Positions 29,445 through 36,171 of a stretch of 64,000 nt of DNA are shown one piece after another. The notes beneath the pieces were generated by a model. The model saw only the letters and a list, made by a program, of their open reading frames with translations, did not search any database and was not told where the DNA came from. Source of the DNA: Candidatus Thorarchaeota archaeon (GTDB taxonomy: Archaea; Asgardarchaeota; Thorarchaeia; Thorarchaeales; Thorarchaeaceae); contig JBHLRP010000005.1 in NCBI GenBank assembly GCA_048882485.1, forward strand, positions 2,601 through 66,600, written 5' to 3'. Every line of letters begins with the position of its first letter. Within the stretch, counting starts at the first letter, position 1. The position numbers were made by a program, and so were the translations under genes.

Positions 29445-30380
29445 CTAATTCATCTTCCAATTTCCATCTTTTGGAACTGCAATAGATGGGCTTCTCTCAT
29501 CTCGTAATATTTGGACGCGAATAGCAGGTCGCCTATCGCCGATGCGATGAGATAGACGTGATTTTATTGTCCGGAAGTAGATTAGCGAAATCAACGTCAA
29601 ATATCCTACATAAGCTATGACTTCCAATGCTGAAGGATTTCCGTTGTAGCCAAAGAGAGCTTTGGCAAGCCCGCCAAGAAAGCCCTTTTCATGTAGAAGG
29701 GGGTAACTGCCATCTGGAAGTAATGGAGGATTTATGTTCCAGACTTCAATTGGCCCAAACGCCAGGAAACCAACTTCTTGCAGCTCATGAATGCCATAGG
29801 CTATCATTCCTGCAGCAAACAGAACCAAGAGGACTGATGTGGAATTAAAGAAGGATTTGAACTTAATTCGCAAAGAGCCTTGATATACACCGAAGCCAAC
29901 AAGAATCGCGATAACTAAGCCTAGAAAAACACCAATGTATGTTATAGGTCCTTCTTGAAACGCAAGTGCGGTTGTAAACAAAACAAGTTCGACTCCTTCT
30001 CTTAGAATAAGAGCAAATGCAAGGAATGTAAGACTGAGTCTGGTCCTTAATGCCCCTTCCTCAACCGACTGTTCGATTTCTGATGCTATTCCAGAACTCG
30101 CTTTTCTCATCCAGAAAATCATTGATGTTAAGAGAATTGCCGCGGCTAAAACAACGGATCCTTCAAATACATTCAATATAGCACCTTCAAATGCACCCCA
30201 TATCATTGCTATCACAGTAGCCAGGCCTAGGCTGCCTACGAATGCAAATAATGTTCCAATAATGATGCTCTGCTTCATGTTCTCTCTACCAGTCTTGCGA
30301 AGATAAGAGAGCATTATTGCGATGATAAGTGCGGCTTCAATCCCTTCGCGCAAAGAAACAACGAATGGCGCGATAATCAC
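29445..30380 (-). CDS. FTR1/EfeU family iron (or other metal) permease
   Basis: Two RExxE motifs (REGIE, REGVE), about 7 TM segments, GIHELQE, LFGY. Confidence 0.92.
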   Translation of the reverse strand: MIIAPFVVSLREGIEAALIIAIMLSYLRKTGRENMKQSIIIGTLFAFVGSLGLATVIAMIWGAFEGAILNVFEGSVVLAAAILLTSMIFWMRKASSGIASEIEQSVEEGALRTRLSLTFLAFALILREGVELVLFTTALAFQEGPITYIGVFLGLVIAILVGFGVYQGSLRIKFKSFFNSTSVLLVLFAAGMIAYGIHELQEVGFLAFGPIEVWNINPPLLPDGSYPLLHEKGFLGGLAKALFGYNGNPSALEVIAYVGYLTLISLIYFRTIKSRLSHRIGDRRPAIRVQILRDERSPSIAVPKDGNWKMN

Positions 30381-30521
30381 GGCAGTGGTCCCCTTTCATA
30401 CCACCGAAGTTCATGTTTGATACGGGCTTTCCTTTTAATAGGGTAATCTTGATTTGGCATTTCATGCTTCTTCAATCTCCTAGCGGACTTGACAAAGAAA
30501 CTTGAATATAGCTCTTCGATT

Positions 30522-30938
30522 TCAACTTGCAGGCTCATGACTTGAACCCCCTCCTGTCATAATCATGAACACAACTTTGTCCCCATTTTGGAGCTGATTA
30601 TCCAGTACTTCCTGGGCAACATATCCCATTTTGAGTTTCCAGCCGGCCAAGACCATTTTGCCATTTATCAGGATGATGGTGTCATTACAGAACATCCTAT
30701 TCCTCGTATCATCCAAATAAACCTCAAATCTTGAACTATGTTCCTTAATCAAGTAGCCAATTAGGTCCCGGAGGGAAGCTCCCTCTTGAATTTGAAAAGG
30801 AAATTTCATGTAGTCAGAAGACCTTAGCCCCTTGTTCAATAGCTTGACGAAGACCTGAATCATCCCGGATTCATTACGCGATGCCGTCGGTTTCCTAACA
30901 TTGGATAACACCCTTGCTGTCTGTCCTTGAGATTTCAC
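30522..30938 (-). CDS. MoaD/ThiS/SAMP-like beta-grasp protein with C-terminal extension after GG
   Basis: EGASLRDLI, IILINGK, LQNGDKVVF...TGG followed by GSSHEPAS. Confidence 0.75.
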   Translation of the reverse strand: MKSQGQTARVLSNVRKPTASRNESGMIQVFVKLLNKGLRSSDYMKFPFQIQEGASLRDLIGYLIKEHSSRFEVYLDDTRNRMFCNDTIILINGKMVLAGWKLKMGYVAQEVLDNQLQNGDKVVFMIMTGGGSSHEPAS

Positions 30939-30957
30939 GAAATCACCTTGCTTTGAT

Positions 30958-31158
30958 TCAAATCATTCCCGGGCTTCCCCGGCAACAACCCCCTCTTCTT
31001 ATGGGTTGAATTCGACGCCGCGTATAGGCTTCAGGGTTGGTATCAAACCTGATTTTGCACAACTGTTTGCAGAAATAGTATTTCTTTCCCAAGTGTTCGG
31101 AATTGAATGGTGCTGTAAGCTCGTCAACAGATTTCCCACAAACTGGATCTTCACCCAT
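30958..31158 (-). CDS. YHS domain protein with GGCC tail
   Basis: DPVCG...HLGKKYYFCKQLCKIRFDTNPEAY...RGGCC. Confidence 0.9.
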   Translation of the reverse strand: MGEDPVCGKSVDELTAPFNSEHLGKKYYFCKQLCKIRFDTNPEAYTRRRIQPIRRGGCCRGSPGMI

Positions 31159-31236
31159 TTCCTATATCTCCTGAATTACCAGTTCTACATCCTTGTAGGA
31201 GGAATCATTAAGAGGATTCTCAGTTGGATTTGATGT

Positions 31237-31320
31237 ATTCCCACAAAGATATATCGGCACTGTACTATTATACGCCCCTGATATATAAATATATCCATCA
31301 AGATATATCCATATGGATAT
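31237..31320. promoter_or_regulatory. Two operator copies and TATA-like box upstream of the YHS-Ubl unit
   Basis: Perfect atatc catcaa gatatatc catatg gatat at 31291-31320; weaker copy with core at 31248. Confidence 0.72.
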
Positions 31321-31404
31321 AATATTAATGTGGAAAAAAGAGAGAAGTGGGAACTGCTCACAAGCACCAAGAGGATCCAGAGTTCCCAGACTATTGCAGT
31401 ATTG

Positions 31405-31557
31405 CTATTCGTCGATTCCCACTTCAAGGTTGTATTGCTCGGGGTTTGCGTCAAACATCGCCTTATGTTGGGCATTCATGAAGTAGTATGTCTTCCCCTT
31501 GTAGATTGACTTTATATGGGGTTTGCCCATCATTCCGCAAACTGGACATTTCGCCAT
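31405..31557 (-). CDS. 50-aa YHS-like protein with variant ligands (not in ORF track)
   Basis: Hand translation MAKCPVCGMMGKPHIKSIYKGKTYYFMNAQHKAMFDANPEQYNLEVGIDE; GGTGG SD upstream. Confidence 0.85.
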   Translation of the reverse strand: MAKCPVCGMMGKPHIKSIYKGKTYYFMNAQHKAMFDANPEQYNLEVGIDE

Positions 31558-31673
31558 TTTTTCCACCAAGAATCCCATTCATTGTTCCATATAGATGTCG
31601 TGCGCGGGATTTCTGAACAAGGATGGCCACCAATTTGTATCCGAATCCCTGTCAACATCCCGTCAATCATTTT

Positions 31674-31758
31674 ATATCCATATGGATATATCGGGACTGT
31701 CTTATATACACGACCGTCCCTTATATATCTATCGGACACGATATATCTCATCTGGCAT
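31674..31758. promoter_or_regulatory. Two operator copies upstream of the third YHS gene
   Basis: GATATATC at 31685 and 31740, each with (A/C)TATC 6 bp to the left. Confidence 0.65.
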
Positions 31759-31874
31759 ATATTATTGCTACTTGAATCGAGGTGGCTATTTCTTAAAGAA
31801 CATCAATTAATTGACAGCAATTCTGATTGATGTCTAGTCAATGAGAAATGATGGCGTTCCTGTTCTTGCGTGTC

Positions 31875-32462
31875 TTAGCCAACGAATTTGTCAGACTCCT
31901 TTCCGGCTTCTGCTTCAGCCATCATGCGAAGAAGTTCCTCGAATGTGTCAAGGATGTTCTCGCCTGTCTTTGCACTAGTCTCCCTAAAGATGGCAGGAAC
32001 TTCGAGTTTCTCAATGAAGTAATCCATGAATTTCCTACCTTCTTCAGTGGTCACTATCTTATCGGCCGGCTGCAAAGGACGAAGATCGATTTTGTTCGCT
32101 ACGATAACTGTGGGAGGCAGAGGGCCCATATTCTTGAACGCTTCAACCAACCACTTGGAAGCATTGTCAAAGGAGTCTCGATCAACTACTGAATAAACAA
32201 GGACGATACCGTTGCATCCATGATAATAGTGGCCTCGGACCTTCTCGAATGTTGGTTGACCTGCCAAGTCCCAGATGATGAATTTCACGACGTTCTCGCC
32301 AAATAATACCTTCTTGGTTGCGAGATCAACTCCTATTGTTGCGAGGTGACCCTCAATGAAGTCCTCTCCAAGATAATTGCGTCGTATGGACGTCTTCCCA
32401 ACTGCCCCGTCGCCGATTAATACTGCTTTATAGATTAGGCTTCCATTATCTTGGTCTCGCAA
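31875..32462 (-). CDS. Rab-like small GTPase
   Basis: GDGAVGKT, TIGVD, WDLAGQ, NKID, ETSAK. Confidence 0.93.
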   Translation of the reverse strand: MRDQDNGSLIYKAVLIGDGAVGKTSIRRNYLGEDFIEGHLATIGVDLATKKVLFGENVVKFIIWDLAGQPTFEKVRGHYYHGCNGIVLVYSVVDRDSFDNASKWLVEAFKNMGPLPPTVIVANKIDLRPLQPADKIVTTEEGRKFMDYFIEKLEVPAIFRETSAKTGENILDTFEELLRMMAEAEAGKESDKFVG

Positions 32463-32601
32463 TTACCTCATCTCCATGTTCGTCAACGCGTTATTTTGCC
32501 CTGATTAAGTGCTCTTGGGTGCTCCCTAGGAATTGGTGAAAAACCTTTGTTACAGCACACAAGATAAGGTTAGTGTTATTATGCCAAATGCTCCAGAGAG
32601 T

Positions 32602-33219
32602 TTAGATTTTGCTCTCAGTTCCTGTACTACGAACTTCTGCACGTTCAGGAATATTGACCTCTCCGGTTTCACTCATTAGGCTGATCAGCTCGCTGAAAGC
32701 ATCCTGAACTCCTTCGCCAGTAAGAGCTGAGGTCTCTCTAAATGCTGTTGGAACTTCCATCCTCTCGCTGTAGAAGTTCGCGAATCTTATCCCCTCCTCT
32801 GTGGAAATCATTGAATCGTCATGCTCTGCGGGACGGAGATCAATCTTGTTCGCAATCACAATGGTCGGAGGCAAGCTCCCCATGTATCTGTAGGCTTCAA
32901 CAAGCCACTTCGTTGCATTGTCGAATGATTTTCTATTTATCACGGAATAGACAAGAAATATCCCATTGGCTCCCTGATAATAGTGACGACGCACCCTTTC
33001 AAAGGAGGGCTGGCCCGCAAGGTCCCAGATGATAAACTTCACCGTGCCAGTTTCATACTCGATTGACTTCTGAGCGAAGTCGACTCCAATTGTAGGAAGG
33101 TGTCCTTCCATGAAGTCCTCGCCGAGATAGTTTCTCTTGAGACTTGTTTTCCCGACGGCTCCGTCGCCAATGAGGACTGCCTTATACCAGCGTGTCCATC
33201 GGGAATCACTCATTCTCAA
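32602..33219 (-). CDS. Rab-like small GTPase, tandem paralog
   Basis: GDGAVGKT, TIGVDF, WDLAGQ, NKID, ETSAL. Confidence 0.93.
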   Translation of the reverse strand: MRMSDSRWTRWYKAVLIGDGAVGKTSLKRNYLGEDFMEGHLPTIGVDFAQKSIEYETGTVKFIIWDLAGQPSFERVRRHYYQGANGIFLVYSVINRKSFDNATKWLVEAYRYMGSLPPTIVIANKIDLRPAEHDDSMISTEEGIRFANFYSERMEVPTAFRETSALTGEGVQDAFSELISLMSETGEVNIPERAEVRSTGTESKI

Positions 33220-33336
33220 ACTCTCCTAGGAAATAGATACTATAACAATGACCCAAGTCTCTAGTTCCACACACTACGTATCCACAAAATGCTTTCCTTT
33301 TATGCACATAATTCTTTTCGTAAGAAAGGCGATAAT

Positions 33337-34563
33337 TCACATTTGATTCAAAATAGACGATTTTGCCTCTTTTGGACGCACTTTATCGATTTTTAGTTGC
33401 TCAGCTCTATGAAAATCCGCAAAATTCTTCAATCCTTCTACCAATCTTGCGATTCCCTCATCAGTTTTCCAGAATTCAGATTCCAGATATAGCGACTTCA
33501 ATTCTAGCACACCTTCTTTCCGATGCGCTTTTGCATCGACGCGACCTACAAGATTGCTGCCATCAAGTAGCGGGAGCGTGAAGTAGCCATACTTGCGCTT
33601 GTCAGCCGGCGTGTAGCACTCAAGTGCGTATTCAAAGTCCCAGATCTTCATTGGATAGTGGCGCTCGCGAATGATATTATCAAAAGGACTGAGGAGTTTG
33701 ACTGGTACTTGGTCATTCTCCGCATTAGACGCCATTCTGAGTCGACTAAGGTTCCTTTTGAGTACGAAGTAGCGTTCTTTCAGCATTGGAATCGAGGCCT
33801 CTTCAATAACTCCATCCTGAACCAACTCCTCTAGGTACTCTTCAATAGCCGCGGCTTTGTTCTTCCATAATACTCGAGATGGCATCCTACCCATATAGGT
33901 TCGAATATCTTCTTGACTCCCCAGACCTAGGGATTTCAATGTGGTTATCACGACGAACTCTGCAGCCTCATCATCAGAGAGTGGCTCAGAGTCAATTCCT
34001 GCCGGGAGTACCCTCTCTGTGAGATCATAATACTTCTGGAATCCCTTTCGATAGGGCACCATTAGCCGTCCTGTGTAGAATAGATACTCAAGAGCCCGCT
34101 TCTCGGCTTTCCAGTCCCACCAGCCGTCGGACTTTGTCTTCCTCTCTCCCATTGAGGCGCTGTTGACCACGCCATCCATCTTGACTTTCCTGTAAACCTG
34201 CTCTATGGTCTCTTTATTCTCCGCACTCCATTTCTTGAAAGAGTTCCAGAGGTCATCAGGATAGAACTGCTTCCGCCAAGCAGTAAAGGGATAGGTTTCC
34301 ATGGGCATTAGACATATAGCGTGAGACCACCATTCAAACAGCTTTCCTTCCTTCTGAGCTTTCCAGACATCGCCCTCTTTGTATCTCGGGAGCCTGTTCC
34401 ATGTGATGAGGTTGTGGCTCCGAGTTACAACTGATATGGTGTCAATCTGGATGTTGTGAATGCGATTAGCTACATCCATCATTGACTTGCTTGGCTTATC
34501 AGTTCTGAGACCCTGAATATCCAACGCAAACCTTCTTGCTTCTTCCAATGAAACCTCAATCAT
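33337..34563 (-). CDS. ycaQ: YcaQ/AlkZ (HTH_42) family crosslink-repair DNA glycosylase
   Basis: IQIDTISVV.RSH, LFEWWSH, WW.WK..KRALE, YDLTERVLP, LLSPFD, ECYTP..KRKYGY. Confidence 0.85.
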   Translation of the reverse strand: MIEVSLEEARRFALDIQGLRTDKPSKSMMDVANRIHNIQIDTISVVTRSHNLITWNRLPRYKEGDVWKAQKEGKLFEWWSHAICLMPMETYPFTAWRKQFYPDDLWNSFKKWSAENKETIEQVYRKVKMDGVVNSASMGERKTKSDGWWDWKAEKRALEYLFYTGRLMVPYRKGFQKYYDLTERVLPAGIDSEPLSDDEAAEFVVITTLKSLGLGSQEDIRTYMGRMPSRVLWKNKAAAIEEYLEELVQDGVIEEASIPMLKERYFVLKRNLSRLRMASNAENDQVPVKLLSPFDNIIRERHYPMKIWDFEYALECYTPADKRKYGYFTLPLLDGSNLVGRVDAKAHRKEGVLELKSLYLESEFWKTDEGIARLVEGLKNFADFHRAEQLKIDKVRPKEAKSSILNQM

Positions 34564-34936
34564 GTCAGACTTCCCACACTATTCCTCCTGATAATATCAT
34601 CTCTCTAAGAAGATGAGAATATCAGATGAAGACAAAACCACTCTCAAATTCGTGCATCAAATGCATCACCATTTTCACCTTCATATCATGGGATAGAGCG
34701 AGTGCTATTGAATAGACTCTCTCAAGACTCTTGAGGATTTCAAGGAGTTATTTGGGCATCTTGGAGGAACCAACCTTACTTGTCTTCATGGCAAATTCAG
34801 AGATTCGTTTCCCGTCATATCAATATAATTGGCCGCTCAGTTAGCACGAGAGGCATCCCCTCCCTCCCCAGCTGATGGGATTGTAGATATTATAAACAAG
34901 CTATCAAGTTGGAATATCAAGTTAATATGTGGGGAA

Positions 34937-35845
34937 ATGATAATGGTGATTATTGACGCTCATTGCCATATATGGGAAAAGAAACACCTAGGGTCATTGT
35001 TTATCAAAGACTTTCAAGGACTCGCAAAAATGCGGGGTTGGGATCTAAAACTGATGATGGATGGAACGGCGGACCGCTTAATTTACGAGATGGATGAGGC
35101 CGGAATCGATCAAGCTGTAGCCTTGGCGTTAGATGCTGAATTTATGACTACGGACGGGGCGACAGCGAAGGAGTACAACGATTACGTCGCCCAGCAGCTC
35201 CGAGCGTATCCCGATCGGTTGATTGGGTTCTGTGGGATTGATCCGCGGAGAGGAAAGGGAGCCATCCGCGAGTTGGAGCGCTGTGTCGGGGATCACGGGT
35301 TACGCGGAGTAAAACTGTGGCCTCTCACCGGGTTCTATCCCGACGACCCTGCATTTTATCCATTTTATGAACGGGTGGAGGAAATGGGCGTCCCTATCCT
35401 GTGCCATATGGGCCGGGGCCCGTCTTCCACGTACTTGAAGTATAATCGCCCGGCGTATGTCGACACCATCGCAGTGGATTTTCCCCACATTCCCATCATC
35501 ATGGCGCACATGGGGATCCCGTGGACGCAGGAAGCCTTCACCGTGGCCGGGAAAAATCCCAATGTCTATGTCGATCTTTCTTCAGTTCAACCTCTGTTCA
35601 AACAAGCTCCTGTGGTGTTTTTCCAAATCCTTAGTGAGGCGAAAATGACGTGCGGGGTGGAAAAGATTCTGTTTGGGAGCGACTGGCCTCTCTTTACACC
35701 ATTGTGTCCCCAACCCGAGTGGGTAGACGCCATCCAAACCATGGCCCTTCCACCGCCCCTTCAAGCAATGGGGGTTCCGGAGTTTACGGAGGCCGAGAAA
35801 CGTCTGATTCTCGGAGGCAACGCCAAAAAAGCCTTGGGGATATAG
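34937..35845 (+). CDS. Amidohydrolase_2 family protein (GC-rich gene)
   Basis: IIDAHCH, G.RGVKL, PILCHMG, IIMAHMG, NVYVDLS, ILFGSDWP, ILGGNA. Confidence 0.9.
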   Translation: MIMVIIDAHCHIWEKKHLGSLFIKDFQGLAKMRGWDLKLMMDGTADRLIYEMDEAGIDQAVALALDAEFMTTDGATAKEYNDYVAQQLRAYPDRLIGFCGIDPRRGKGAIRELERCVGDHGLRGVKLWPLTGFYPDDPAFYPFYERVEEMGVPILCHMGRGPSSTYLKYNRPAYVDTIAVDFPHIPIIMAHMGIPWTQEAFTVAGKNPNVYVDLSSVQPLFKQAPVVFFQILSEAKMTCGVEKILFGSDWPLFTPLCPQPEWVDAIQTMALPPPLQAMGVPEFTEAEKRLILGGNAKKALGI

Positions 35846-35921
35846 AGCGGGGCACCGATTCCCTACGGTTTATCGCCGTTTTCGCATCGCTTCCATTCCT
35901 CGAGCACGCAGGTTTTTCTCC

Positions 35922-36050
35922 CACTGTTATAATCTGGATGGAGTGAATTCTTTTCGCAACATCGAGTACTGAACGAATCAGGCGACTGGATTTAAGACCC
36001 TGAATATCGAGGATGAATCTCCTGGCCTGGTCAAGCGTGACCTCAAGCAT
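35922..36050 (-). pseudogene. Truncated N-terminal fragment of a second ycaQ-like gene
   Basis: MLEVTLDQARRFILDIQGL...VAKRIHSIQI aligns to MIEVSLEEARRFALDIQGL...VANRIHNIQI of 33337..34563, then similarity stops. Confidence 0.75.
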
Positions 36051-36171
36051 AGCGAGGCATCAATTTTCTGGTCTTAAGGGCATTTCTCTATTGCCAACGA
36101 GTTGATTGTTAGATGGCGGCTCAGCTTATTCTGAATGTCATCATCCTTTGAACTCGCTCTTCATCGCGAAC

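Noticed and set aside
24338-31758. GATATATC repeats as a CRISPR array, iterons or MITE ends
   Set aside because: Copies are scattered over separate promoter regions, have variable internal N6 segments and lack regular spacers; no cas or transposase genes are present
31006-31830. Several short track ORFs rich in Ile/Tyr
   Set aside because: Translations of AT-rich operator DNA; the supported genes here are the two YHS ORFs
34600-34830. Possible gene remnant with a His-rich stretch
   Set aside because: Multiple stops and no recognisable homology
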